Assembly (NCBI GenBank): GCA_030613065.1
Contig: JAUWMQ010000001.1
Coordinates: forward strand, 15,648 to 79,647
Direction of reading: 5' to 3'
Length of the DNA: 64,000 nucleotides
Source: Candidatus Aegiribacteria sp.
Lineage (GTDB): Bacteria; Fermentibacterota; Fermentibacteria; Fermentibacterales; JCC-6
Part shown: in pieces, positions 27,568 through 37,070 of the stretch
Numbering within the stretch: the stretch's first letter is position 1
How the letters are laid out: every line of letters starts with the position of its first letter
Notes under the pieces: model-generated
What the model was told of the DNA's origin: nothing
The model's input: only the letters and a program-made list of their open reading frames with translations
Databases searched by the model: none
Position numbers and translations under genes: made by a program

Positions 27568-28428
27568 TCAGTTCCCACTCTGTTCAATCCAGGGTATCGG
27601 TACTACTCCCCGGAAAACTACGTTGTAATATCCGCTTTCCCTCAGAGCTGTTCCTTCGATAGGAGGGTCAAGCGGCTTAAATATCAATGCGTACGGAGAT
27701 TGAAAATCTGAGATTGTGTCAGGGGACTGCTCCCATGAATCCCGTGTCCATTCCCACATTATTCGTTCCTCGGGCGTTTGATTCTCAGAGAACATGGCCA
27801 GTCTTGCTGGAGTTGTACCTATAATACCGGAGAGGGTCATCGATATGAAATCCGAATAGACATTCATAACTTCCCATGTATCCTCGAACCCTATTACACC
27901 GGCTGAAGTTGCGGCGGCTATTTCCACTCTTGTGGGAAGTCTTTTACCTTTGTCATTCAGAAAAAGTCTTGCGGCATCAAACGTGATTGAAGTAGCGGGA
28001 ATATCAAAACACCCGGTCTGTACGGTAAAGCCGGTTACTCCGTTCTGCTCGTCCTTGTAAACAACCCATGGCGTATATCTGATGAAGATGATGTTACTGA
28101 ATTCCTCACCCATGCTTTCACCGGGCATAAGCAGTTCTTCCTGTCCGGTAAGATAGACCGGTATCTGGTCGACATGGGATACCTCCAGGGCAAGCCAATC
28201 AAGAATATCTCTGCAGATAACAGGTTCCGCATCAATGAAAAAAGGATCTACAGAGATGGTTTCCCCACTAATTATTACGGTTGAAGGACCTATATACTCC
28301 ATCCCCAGGGGAGGGATGGGGAGGTCGCAATCAGTACAGAAATCCCCATTATTATCTGTACCGCATGCCGGGCAGGTCCATGCGTAAACAACAGATACAA
28401 GGATAAATATAAGATAGAGTATTTTCAA
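27568..28428 (-). CDS. N-terminal zinc-ribbon protein with a degenerate FGE-sulfatase/SUMF1-like domain
   Basis: 286 aa. A hydrophobic N-terminus is followed by CPACGTDNNGDFCTDC. KGKRLPTRVEIAAA, IMWEWTRDSW and VVFRG resemble the RLPTEAEWEYAA, NVWEW and RVxRGG motifs of FGE-like domains. Confidence 0.5.
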   Translation of the reverse strand: MKILYLIFILVSVVYAWTCPACGTDNNGDFCTDCDLPIPPLGMEYIGPSTVIISGETISVDPFFIDAEPVICRDILDWLALEVSHVDQIPVYLTGQEELLMPGESMGEEFSNIIFIRYTPWVVYKDEQNGVTGFTVQTGCFDIPATSITFDAARLFLNDKGKRLPTRVEIAAATSAGVIGFEDTWEVMNVYSDFISMTLSGIIGTTPARLAMFSENQTPEERIMWEWTRDSWEQSPDTISDFQSPYALIFKPLDPPIEGTALRESGYYNVVFRGVVPIPWIEQSGN

Positions 28429-28491
28429 ATCGATTTTCCTCCATATTTCATAATACTGTCGGCGTCTTAAATGGAATATACTTTATCCCCA

Positions 28492-31400
28492 TCAGAATTC
28501 AGCCCCGATGGTAATATTCTGCGCAGGCTTGCGGGAGATGCCGTGAAGATCGGTGCGCCAGGTGATATCATGCTTCAGCAGAAGGTAGCCAAGGTTGAAT
28601 CTGTATCCGAATCCAAGGCCTATCTTCAGATCATCAAGATGATAACCTCCTGCAGTGGAAGCTCCATGAAAACTGGAAAAGTCATCGAATGCGGAACCAA
28701 TATCGAAGAACAGAACACCTCTTCCGTTTCTGAAGGTAAGCGGAATGGGGGCATCAAGTGCCAGTACATTAACGAAGGGTACCCTTAATTCCGCTGAAAA
28801 GATGCCATATCTGCGCCCCTGAATACTGGCATAATCATACCCTCTCAGTAGGTCACCGTGGTTTGAATAAAAACCAAGAAGTTCATCTATGGTCTCTACT
28901 TTTCCCGATAGCAACCTGTGGGGTGTTGCGCCGCCAAGAAAGAATTTTTGCGCATCAGGTCCCCAGCTTGATCCACCAGCCAGCCTTGTGGCGAATGTCA
29001 CTCTCTGGGACACCCAGAGGTAATTTCTCAGATCAAATAGAATCGTACTGTAACTTGCTGAACCTGAAATAGATGGAGCATACTCAGCAACAACGCTTAA
29101 TCGGCTCCCAACCCTTGGTCCTACACTTCCCCAAAGGGCATTATCAATGACAGCCCCTGCCTGTAGAGAAAGGATGTCCTCATCAAGATCTGCGGTTGAA
29201 TTCCAGGTACCGGTTCGGCTTAAATGCCTGTACTCCAGTGAACCGCTGATGCTGAATGATGGACTGAACGGGTACCTGGCCGCAGTAAATCCGCCCAGAT
29301 CAACGTCTCTGACCTCTTCATAATGGCCATCGGAAAATCTGAACAGAAGCCTGTTTGATTGCCGCAAAAGACCGAAAACGTAATCGGTACGATGGGGAAG
29401 ATAAGCATAGAATACAGCCACATCCACATCACTGAGACTGCCTCCGTTCAGATTCGTATTAATTACAATCTGATGGTGAGCAAGAATATCGCTGAGAATG
29501 AACTGTGTATAGCCAGAAATGCCTAAGTATGAGTCGTATGCCGCCATGGCGCTGACGTAATCTATAGTCAGTCTTGGTGTATAAGGGGAAATTCTGCACT
29601 GGAACTCATCCTCGATGCTATGAGTGGATGTATCATCGGACTCTGCTGCTTCATGAATAAGCTCAGATGAAGCCGTAAGGCTCCGAGGTTCTGGACGGCC
29701 ACGGTTCTCTGATGTCCCCGTTGAATCAGCAATTGGATAAACCTCAGGAATGAGCCTGTTTTCCGTTCCAGCAGTTGTTATATGATAGCTCCCGTGTTCA
29801 CATTCAATCACCCTTCTTTCTGTAATGTCGTATGCAAGAAATACACCGCTACCACTCCAGTCACTGGATACGAAAGTCAGTATATCGGAGGAATCAGACC
29901 AGGAAGGGGAATCGATGGTTCGGTAAAGGGCTGTAAGGCGGACAATCTCATCGGTGGAACTCTGAAGCAGGTAAAGGTCAGGGAAACCACTCATGTCAGA
30001 TAGAAAGAGTATCCCATCCGGAACGCTGATGGGATATCTGATATCGGAAGAATCAGACAGTACAGTAACGGATTCTCCTTCAAGGGTATATTCGAGTATT
30101 CGAGTCTCTCCATTGACTGATTCAACAGCACAAAGGATTTTATCATCAATCCAGGACAGATCCCGTTCCCCTGATATATCATCACTTATCTGTGATAATT
30201 CCTGCTCCAGTATATCCCATACGTAGATATTAAGCTGACTATTTTCCATGCCTACAAATCCTATATACCGGCCGCAGGATGACCAGGCCGGATCACGGAT
30301 AAGATCCAGTTCAAAGGGCAGGTTTACCTTATTTCCATCAGAACAGATGATCAGTTGATTTCCGGAGACATACTGCACCGCTACGGCTATGGAATCAGCA
30401 GATGGGGAAAAACTGCATATCCGATACATTGGTGATATTGAAGCATCTGAGATTCCTCCGGATACGAACGGCCTGTCTTCTACCTCACCCGTCAAAGCTG
30501 ATCTGACGGTCACTGCAAAATGTGCCTGATGGTATTCAACACCGGCAACAAGCCTTCCATTACTTGATATTATGGAATTGATCTGCATTATTCTTTCATT
30601 ATCCCTGTAAATAGCGTTTGCAATATCACTTGGACTCTCACCACAGGCCAACTCGGACCAGTATGTTTCACGAGCCCATTCAAGGAATTTCTCATTGAAT
30701 TGAGTACTGGACATACCAAATACTGCATCGAAAGGATCTCCGGATCTGCGCCGTTCGTCGGAAGAATCATCCGATTCCATGGTTGAAACGAAATCTCTTC
30801 TACTTCGGAAATTGATACGATGGACGAATTCCCTGAGCTTCTCCTTACCGTACCTTTCGTTCATAAAATGGTAGATCGCCTGGCCTTCACGGTAAACAAG
30901 ATAATCCCCTCTTCTGGAAAGCTCATCAATGGAAACGATCTGATTCGAGATGACCATGTCTCTGAATTCGGCTTCGGAAGCCGCATCCCAGCCGAGGGAT
31001 GTGTATTCTGCAAGTCCCTCCATCATCCAGAGGGGTGTGCCTCCAGTAATGATGTTAAGCAGGGAACGCTTGTAAAGCATATCGAAGATGAAAGCATGGT
31101 TAATTTCATGGGCTACTACATGACGAAACTCGGACCAGTAACCTGTGAAAGGCACGACTACTCTGCCTTTATAAAACTCAGTGAACCCTCCAACTGCCTG
31201 GGATATTTCGTATGGATTGATATCAGTCTGCCTGAAATCGCCAGGGGAAATGTAAAGCACGATAGGTATCGGTTCTTCCGGCATGTAATTGAATTCCTCT
31301 GAAAGCTTAAGCAACTCTCTTTCTGTTTGTACAAGAAGAGTTTCCGCCGGTACTTCTCCGCCCTCAGGAAAGTAAATAGTAAAATGCCTGGCCTGAATCT

Positions 31401-31503
31401 CCCACCATTCCTGTTCCCCTACCTGGACTTTGTTACGTCCATAGGAAGTTGCGAAACAGAGTGTGAAAAGAACAGGCAGGAATATGATTAATGCCTTTTT
31501 CAT
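28492..31503 (-). CDS. Outer-membrane fusion protein: HExxH peptidase-like domain + TolB-like beta-propeller + Omp85 (bacterial surface antigen) barrel
   Basis: 1003 aa. Signal peptide MKKALIIFLPVLFTLCFA, zinc motif VVAHEINHAF ... EGLAEY, a central WD40/PD40-like repeat region, and a C-terminal Omp85-like region (LLRGYDY, ELRVPF, GVLFFDIGSAF, GLGFGYRF) ending ITIGAEF. Confidence 0.8.
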   Translation of the reverse strand: MKKALIIFLPVLFTLCFATSYGRNKVQVGEQEWWEIQARHFTIYFPEGGEVPAETLLVQTERELLKLSEEFNYMPEEPIPIVLYISPGDFRQTDINPYEISQAVGGFTEFYKGRVVVPFTGYWSEFRHVVAHEINHAFIFDMLYKRSLLNIITGGTPLWMMEGLAEYTSLGWDAASEAEFRDMVISNQIVSIDELSRRGDYLVYREGQAIYHFMNERYGKEKLREFVHRINFRSRRDFVSTMESDDSSDERRRSGDPFDAVFGMSSTQFNEKFLEWARETYWSELACGESPSDIANAIYRDNERIMQINSIISSNGRLVAGVEYHQAHFAVTVRSALTGEVEDRPFVSGGISDASISPMYRICSFSPSADSIAVAVQYVSGNQLIICSDGNKVNLPFELDLIRDPAWSSCGRYIGFVGMENSQLNIYVWDILEQELSQISDDISGERDLSWIDDKILCAVESVNGETRILEYTLEGESVTVLSDSSDIRYPISVPDGILFLSDMSGFPDLYLLQSSTDEIVRLTALYRTIDSPSWSDSSDILTFVSSDWSGSGVFLAYDITERRVIECEHGSYHITTAGTENRLIPEVYPIADSTGTSENRGRPEPRSLTASSELIHEAAESDDTSTHSIEDEFQCRISPYTPRLTIDYVSAMAAYDSYLGISGYTQFILSDILAHHQIVINTNLNGGSLSDVDVAVFYAYLPHRTDYVFGLLRQSNRLLFRFSDGHYEEVRDVDLGGFTAARYPFSPSFSISGSLEYRHLSRTGTWNSTADLDEDILSLQAGAVIDNALWGSVGPRVGSRLSVVAEYAPSISGSASYSTILFDLRNYLWVSQRVTFATRLAGGSSWGPDAQKFFLGGATPHRLLSGKVETIDELLGFYSNHGDLLRGYDYASIQGRRYGIFSAELRVPFVNVLALDAPIPLTFRNGRGVLFFDIGSAFDDFSSFHGASTAGGYHLDDLKIGLGFGYRFNLGYLLLKHDITWRTDLHGISRKPAQNITIGAEF

Positions 31504-31579
31504 TTAACCTCCAGATAACACTGTTCAGGCATTCGTAGTTCGACTATACTGCCAGGGTTCCCGTTCGAACAGGAGTACA

Positions 31580-31894
31580 ATGCGAATATACACAATTGCG
31601 ACAATTCCGTTGATGATCGCTCTTATTACACTGATGTCATGTGATAAACCCGATTCCTACAGTGCAATTCCGGATAACAGGAAGATTGAACTCCAGGAAT
31701 GGGCAGGAATCCTCGCGAGACACTGGGTTCTGCAACCAGGTGACAGCCTTCGCCCCGAGAAGCCTGAGGATAGTGAATTACTCTCTTTGATACAATCATG
31801 CGAATCAAATCCGGAAGCATGGGCTTACCTGTATAGTTGTATAGCCGACACGATTGCAGTTCTTGAACCCCCATCGCCAGCTTGCCAGCAGTGA
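31580..31894 (+). CDS. Small lipoprotein, unknown function
   Basis: 104 aa. AGGAG lies 4 nt before the ATG. Lipobox ALITLMSC. Confidence 0.55.
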   Translation: MRIYTIATIPLMIALITLMSCDKPDSYSAIPDNRKIELQEWAGILARHWVLQPGDSLRPEKPEDSELLSLIQSCESNPEAWAYLYSCIADTIAVLEPPSPACQQ

Positions 31895-31920
31895 AGATGG
31901 TGGAGTCAGGTCCCGCTCTG

Positions 31921-33156
31921 CTAATGTACCCGGGTTATTACTCTTGATACGTCCTTGAAGATTATCAGGAGGAAGAGCATCAGGATGATTACCATGCCGG
32001 TCTGCTGGATTATCTGAACATTCCTTTTAGAAATGGGTTTTCCCCTGATACCCTCAATGATGAGGATGACAACGTGTCCCCCGTCAAGGACCGGTATCGG
32101 AAGAAGATTAAATATCATTATTGCCATGGATATGCTTGCGAGAGTGTACAGGTAACTTGGTAATCCGGATCGGGCCTGCTGTCCCAGGGTTTCGGCCACA
32201 TAAATTGGACCTCCTGAACTCTCAACCAGCTCCGCAGGTTTCTTAAACAGTCTGAACAGCGTGATACATACATATATGGTACCATCACCTGCGGCTCTTA
32301 CTCCCTCCACGATGGCTCTGAAAATCGGAAGCCTGGCCCTCTCCGTGGGCAGCAGAACGGTAACTCCTGTCAGAATTCTACCATCGTACTCCCCGGGGGT
32401 TACATAAGCTGTATCAATTATACCGTTTCTGCAATATTCAATTGCGAGCTCATCAGTATTACCTGTCACCAGAGACTGAAAATCATACCAGATAGCTACA
32501 GGCCTTCCATCGACAGCTATGATACTGTCCCCGGCTCTTATCCCGGATTCGTAAGCCGGAAAGCCCACCAATGCTTCCCCTATCACCACAGGGATCAGGG
32601 CATAAAAAGGAACAGTTTCCGCCGGCAGAGAGTATTCCATCTCAAGAGTTCCCGCAGCTGTGGCAGCAGTCAAAGTTCCAGGAGCATCGGAATACATCCT
32701 GTTGAGCATGTCATAATAGTCAGTAACTGGATAACCGTTTACGGAAAGAACAGTATCTCCCACACACAGTCCGAGGGGATTGTCCACATTACCTACAACT
32801 GCAGGGGCTATATCTATATCCCACCCTACAATACCGAATACTGTTATAAGTATCAACACAGTGAGCGCAAGGTTGGCGAAAGGACCGGCAAGAGCCACAA
32901 GAGCACGCCTGAACCATGAGACTTCAGTAACCGGTTCGCCTGTGGTACCCAGATTAACCTTGCAGTATCCCCCCAGGGGTATCACTCCGATACAGTATTC
33001 CGTTCTGCCTATTTTTCTTTTGAAAATATGTGGCGGGAAACCTAATGAAAACCGTGGAACATCCAGGCCCACTGCCTTAGACATAAGTAGATGTCCCATT
33101 TCATGAAAAAACACAATCACACCAAGTCCGAAGATTATAGCCAGAATGCTCAGCAT
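31921..33156 (-). CDS. rseP: RIP metalloprotease RseP (site-2 protease, M50)
   Basis: 411 aa. HEMGHLL, PDZ region, NLLPIPVLDGGH. Confidence 0.92.
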   Translation of the reverse strand: MLSILAIIFGLGVIVFFHEMGHLLMSKAVGLDVPRFSLGFPPHIFKRKIGRTEYCIGVIPLGGYCKVNLGTTGEPVTEVSWFRRALVALAGPFANLALTVLILITVFGIVGWDIDIAPAVVGNVDNPLGLCVGDTVLSVNGYPVTDYYDMLNRMYSDAPGTLTAATAAGTLEMEYSLPAETVPFYALIPVVIGEALVGFPAYESGIRAGDSIIAVDGRPVAIWYDFQSLVTGNTDELAIEYCRNGIIDTAYVTPGEYDGRILTGVTVLLPTERARLPIFRAIVEGVRAAGDGTIYVCITLFRLFKKPAELVESSGGPIYVAETLGQQARSGLPSYLYTLASISMAIMIFNLLPIPVLDGGHVVILIIEGIRGKPISKRNVQIIQQTGMVIILMLFLLIIFKDVSRVITRVH

Positions 33157-34259
33157 AGCCTTCTCACAATCCTTTCAGCTTCAAACCGTGATTCCCTGTC
33201 TGCCTTCATAACGGTTTCAAGATCACTGATCTCGCAAGCCTTATGCCCGGCAAGTACTTCTTCTATAACCGCGGTAATATTTCCGAATCTGATCTTCCCT
33301 GCAAGAAACGCCGCAACAGCTACTTCATCTGCCGCGTTAGCTGCCACAGGCCAGGATTTTCCATCCTGTCCGGCTCGTACTACCAGATTGAAAGCGGGGT
33401 ACCTCTGCCTGTCAAGCTCACTGAACTCAAGTGTTCCCCAGTCAAGGGGACAGTCATCGGATATCACCTCAAGTATACGATCGGGATACTGCAGAGCGTA
33501 CTGTAAGGGGACCTTCATATCCGGCTTACCCATAAGAGCTTTCCACGAACCATCCTCAAGCCTTACGAAAGAATGAACTATACTCTGAGGATGCACAACC
33601 ACATCAATTTTTATCTCGCCGAACAGCCACCGGGCTTCTATGACCTCGAAGGCTTTATTCACCATGGTCGCCGAGTCAACAGTTATCCTGGCGCCCATAG
33701 CCCAGGTGGGATGATTCAGAATTTCATCAACACCTGCAGTCTGCAGTTTCCAGGCAGGAATATCTCTCGCGGACCCGCCGCTTGCCGTCAGGGTAATACT
33801 CCTGACTGGACGAGGTTCCCGATGCAGGCACCTGAATATAGTACTATGCTCGCTGTCAACGGGAATGACCCCGCCGGCGGTGATATAAGCCCGGAGCAAT
33901 TCACCGCCTACAACAAGGCTTTCCTTGTTTGCCAGGGCCAGTGTAATACCCAGGTCTCTGCAGATCAGGCTGGCTCGCAGGCCGGCGCTTCCAACTATGG
34001 CGTTAAGTACCGTATCAGCTCCGTCAATAACCTTCTCAAGGATTCCCTGACCGGTTATTACACCATCCGGACACACTCCACCTGGTGAAGCTATGGCTGT
34101 TACTGAAGGGGCGTACAGTTTCTTCTGCTTCATAAGAAGATCAATATTACTGTTACAGAGTAATGAATGCAGTTCTAGATCGGGACACGCTTCAATAATC
34201 TCAAGAGCCCGGGTCCCTATGGATCCGGTACTTCCCAGTACTGCCACCTTACGTATCAT
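33150..34259 (-). CDS. dxr: 1-deoxy-D-xylulose 5-phosphate reductoisomerase
   Basis: MIRKVAVLGSTGSIGTRAL... Start set to ATG 34259, which overlaps the cdsA stop (ATGA); the track start 34301 adds 14 non-conserved residues. Confidence 0.95.
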   Translation of the reverse strand: MIRKVAVLGSTGSIGTRALEIIEACPDLELHSLLCNSNIDLLMKQKKLYAPSVTAIASPGGVCPDGVITGQGILEKVIDGADTVLNAIVGSAGLRASLICRDLGITLALANKESLVVGGELLRAYITAGGVIPVDSEHSTIFRCLHREPRPVRSITLTASGGSARDIPAWKLQTAGVDEILNHPTWAMGARITVDSATMVNKAFEVIEARWLFGEIKIDVVVHPQSIVHSFVRLEDGSWKALMGKPDMKVPLQYALQYPDRILEVISDDCPLDWGTLEFSELDRQRYPAFNLVVRAGQDGKSWPVAANAADEVAVAAFLAGKIRFGNITAVIEEVLAGHKACEISDLETVMKADRESRFEAERIVRRLC

Positions 34260-35080
34260 GTCAGAATTCCCGCCTCGGAGAAGAGGAGCAGCAGAGCCCA
34301 AACAACTGGAACAACTGCCAGAATACTGTCGAATCTGTCAAGAAAACCCCCATGCCCTGGAAGTAATGAACCGGAATCCTTAACTCCCGCATCTCTCTTC
34401 ACTGCGGATTCCAACAGGTCTCCAGCGACGGCGGCGATACCTCCGACTGCTCCTATCGTTACCATCACTGCCAGAGGAAACGCAGCTCCGACAAAACCTG
34501 CCAGAACTGCTCCACCGACTGCACCCGCTATCCCGGCGAAAAAACCCTCCCAGGATTTAGCAGGGCTGATATCAGGCACCATTTTATGCCGCCCGAATGC
34601 GCTACCCACAAAGTAGGCAAGGGAATCCCCCAGCCAGCAGATCAGCAGAGGCACGAACATGACCCAGGGTGATTGGAAATCAAGCCTGAGCCTGGCCAGC
34701 AGGCCGAAGCCCAGAGCAAGAGCAACGGATATCCCTGCGATTCCTGAAGTTTTCCTTCGCGCATGGTCGACCCCGTCAACAAATATCCATACCGTTGAGA
34801 TAACGGTCCCCGGGAGCAGAATCAGAACAATCGAAAGAGCAGGTTCCAAAAGAGCGACAGCGACAGATGATCCTGCTACCATTAAGGCATGAAGCGCTTT
34901 CACCAGTATACCTGAACCGGGCCTGAAAAGGGTGACCGCTTCCATGGCACAGAGCGCTGCAATAAGTGAGAAAGAGATGATTGTCAGAGCAGGGATATTA
35001 AGAAACGCAACTGCTGCGAACAACCCCATACCGGGAACGGCGACCACTGTTCTTTTTGCAAGGGAATGAAATGATTTCAT
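34256..35080 (-). CDS. cdsA: Phosphatidate cytidylyltransferase
   Basis: 274 aa, polytopic. CTP-transferase signature SAVKRDAGVKDSGSLLPGHGGFLDRFDS. Confidence 0.9.
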   Translation of the reverse strand: MKSFHSLAKRTVVAVPGMGLFAAVAFLNIPALTIISFSLIAALCAMEAVTLFRPGSGILVKALHALMVAGSSVAVALLEPALSIVLILLPGTVISTVWIFVDGVDHARRKTSGIAGISVALALGFGLLARLRLDFQSPWVMFVPLLICWLGDSLAYFVGSAFGRHKMVPDISPAKSWEGFFAGIAGAVGGAVLAGFVGAAFPLAVMVTIGAVGGIAAVAGDLLESAVKRDAGVKDSGSLLPGHGGFLDRFDSILAVVPVVWALLLLFSEAGILT

Positions 35081-35862
35081 CGGTCGGAATCTAGATCGCC
35101 GAACCGTCTTCGTCTCTTTCTGTAATCCTCAAAAGCCTCTTCAAGATGTTTCCTTCTGAAATCAGGCCAGAGAACATCGGAAAAGTAGAGTTCGGAGTAG
35201 GCAGATTCCCACAGGAGGAAATTTGACAGCCTCTGCTCGCCGCTTGTCCTTATGATAATATCCGGGTCGGGCACGTCAGGGAGATACATGCTGGATGAGA
35301 TGCTCTCTTCAGTGATGTCGGAAATTTGCATCCGTCCTGCTTCGATTTTCCCAGCGATCTTCCTCATTGCGTCAGTTATCTCCGCTCTGCCCCCGTAGCT
35401 CAGGGCAAGAATCAGGTTGAGACCCTCGTTTGAGCCGGTTCGTTTCATCGCGCTCAGCAGTTCATTCAGTGGCCCCTGTGGTAGATCATCAAGCCGACCG
35501 GTGGCCTTGATTCTGACGCGGTTTCTGTCAAGATTGTCGATATTGCGCTTGATGAAGCTTTTTAAAAGAGTCATTATGAAAATGACCTCGGCCTTTGGCC
35601 TCTTCCAGTTTTCGGTTGAGAAGGCGTACAGAGTCAGGTATTCAACGCCCATGGAGCCGCAGTATTCAACAGAATCGTGAATAGCCTTCTCCGCGGCTTT
35701 GTGCCCCTCAATCCGTTTTAGACCATGAGATCTTGCCCCGCGACCATTCCCATCCATGATGATCCCCACATGGGTGGGAAATCCAGAGTCAGACTTCAAG
35801 TATTTCAGCTTCTTTTGATTCGAGGTATCTGTCGATTTCCGTGATGGCCTCGTTTGCGGCAT
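35077..35862 (-). CDS. uppS: Undecaprenyl-diphosphate synthase (cis-prenyltransferase)
   Basis: PTHVGIIMDGNGRGA, LTLYAFSTENWKRP, RTSGEQRLSNFLLWE. Start is uncertain. ATG 35862 overlaps frr by 74 nt; TTG 35799 is an alternative; the track start is 35940. Confidence 0.9.
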   Translation of the reverse strand: MPQTRPSRKSTDTSNQKKLKYLKSDSGFPTHVGIIMDGNGRGARSHGLKRIEGHKAAEKAIHDSVEYCGSMGVEYLTLYAFSTENWKRPKAEVIFIMTLLKSFIKRNIDNLDRNRVRIKATGRLDDLPQGPLNELLSAMKRTGSNEGLNLILALSYGGRAEITDAMRKIAGKIEAGRMQISDITEESISSSMYLPDVPDPDIIIRTSGEQRLSNFLLWESAYSELYFSDVLWPDFRRKHLEEAFEDYRKRRRRFGDLDSDR

Positions 35863-36346
35863 CCTGAATTTCGCTGAGAGCTTTATGCTCCTCATCCTCA
35901 GTGATATCACCGGCTTTGCTGAACTTGTGCAGTTCGTCATTGCCGCTTCTTCTGATATTCCTTATCGCGGTTTTTCCGGATTCAGCAAGTTTCTTTACGT
36001 GCCGGCTGAGTTCCTTTCTGCGCTCATCAGAGAGCTTTGGAACAGGTACTCTTACCACTGGTCCGTCTGCAGAAGCTCTGAGACCCAGATCTGATTTCTG
36101 TACAGCGCGAACAATAGCATCCGATGTCGAGGGATCGAAGGGCTGTATCACTATAAGCCGGGGCTCTGGAGCAGATATTCCGGCCACCTGCTTTATGGGA
36201 TGTAACCCTCCCCAGCACTCGACACGAATATTGTCCAGAAGTGCGGGACTTGCCTTGCCGGTCCTTATTACAGCCATTTCCCTTGCGGTGTTCTCTACAG
36301 CTTTCTTCATTCTGCTCTTCTGATCCTGCAGAATCTGATCAGTCAT
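35789..36346 (-). CDS. frr: Ribosome recycling factor
   Basis: 185 aa with a typical RRF sequence (KAVENTAREMAVIRTGKASPALLD...). Confidence 0.95.
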   Translation of the reverse strand: MTDQILQDQKSRMKKAVENTAREMAVIRTGKASPALLDNIRVECWGGLHPIKQVAGISAPEPRLIVIQPFDPSTSDAIVRAVQKSDLGLRASADGPVVRVPVPKLSDERRKELSRHVKKLAESGKTAIRNIRRSGNDELHKFSKAGDITEDEEHKALSEIQDAANEAITEIDRYLESKEAEILEV

Positions 36347-37070
36347 GATTAATTCCCCCTATCAGGCTTCCGATTGAAGGTTCTTTGAATATCCTTATAA
36401 TATTTTCAGGATTCCATATATCAAAAACGCTAATAGGAAGTCCTGCATCCCGACAGATGGCAATTGCGGCTGCATCCATCACCTTCAGATCAAGTCTGAG
36501 TACATCGTCATATGTCAGTGTTGAAAACCGTTTTGCTTCAGGGTTTTGTGCTGGATCTGAATCGTATACGCCATCAACCTTCGTACCCTTGAGCAGCCTT
36601 GAGCAGCCTGTCTGCACAGCTCTCAGTGCAGCGGCGGTATCTGTAGTAATACACGTGTTGCCTGTTGCTCCTGCATATATGACTACATATCCCTGGTTGA
36701 GGCATTTCTCGGCTTTCTCCGGGGAGAACGTTTCGAAAATACCTTCTACAGGTATGGATGAAAGTACAACAGCTCTGCCGCCGCGCTTCCTTACCGCATC
36801 TCTGAATGCCAGCCCGTTAATGAGCGTAGCCAGCATTCCCATCTGGTCACCGGTAATCCGGTCTGCTGATTTCAGATCCCTTCCCCTGATAAAGTTGCCT
36901 CCACCAGTGACTACTCCAACACTGCATCCGGTGGCAGCCAGAGCCAGAACGGCTCCGGCAAGTTCGCCTGTGATTTCAGGATCTATTCCGCGGCCGGATT
37001 CGCCTGCAAGAACCTCTCCGCTGAGTTTAAGAAGTATTCGCGGTTGAACAGCACCGTCATCCTCTGTCAT
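36339..37070 (-). CDS. pyrH: UMP kinase
   Basis: 243 aa. ILLKLSGE, VVTGGGNFIRG, and an amino-acid-kinase fold. Confidence 0.95.
   Translation of the reverse strand: MTEDDGAVQPRILLKLSGEVLAGESGRGIDPEITGELAGAVLALAATGCSVGVVTGGGNFIRGRDLKSADRITGDQMGMLATLINGLAFRDAVRKRGGRAVVLSSIPVEGIFETFSPEKAEKCLNQGYVVIYAGATGNTCITTDTAAALRAVQTGCSRLLKGTKVDGVYDSDPAQNPEAKRFSTLTYDDVLRLDLKVMDAAAIAICRDAGLPISVFDIWNPENIIRIFKEPSIGSLIGGINHD

Noticed and set aside
36385-37047. 220-aa plus-strand ORF opposite pyrH
   Set aside because: It is antisense to a clear UMP kinase, has S/P/A-rich composition, and has no RBS.
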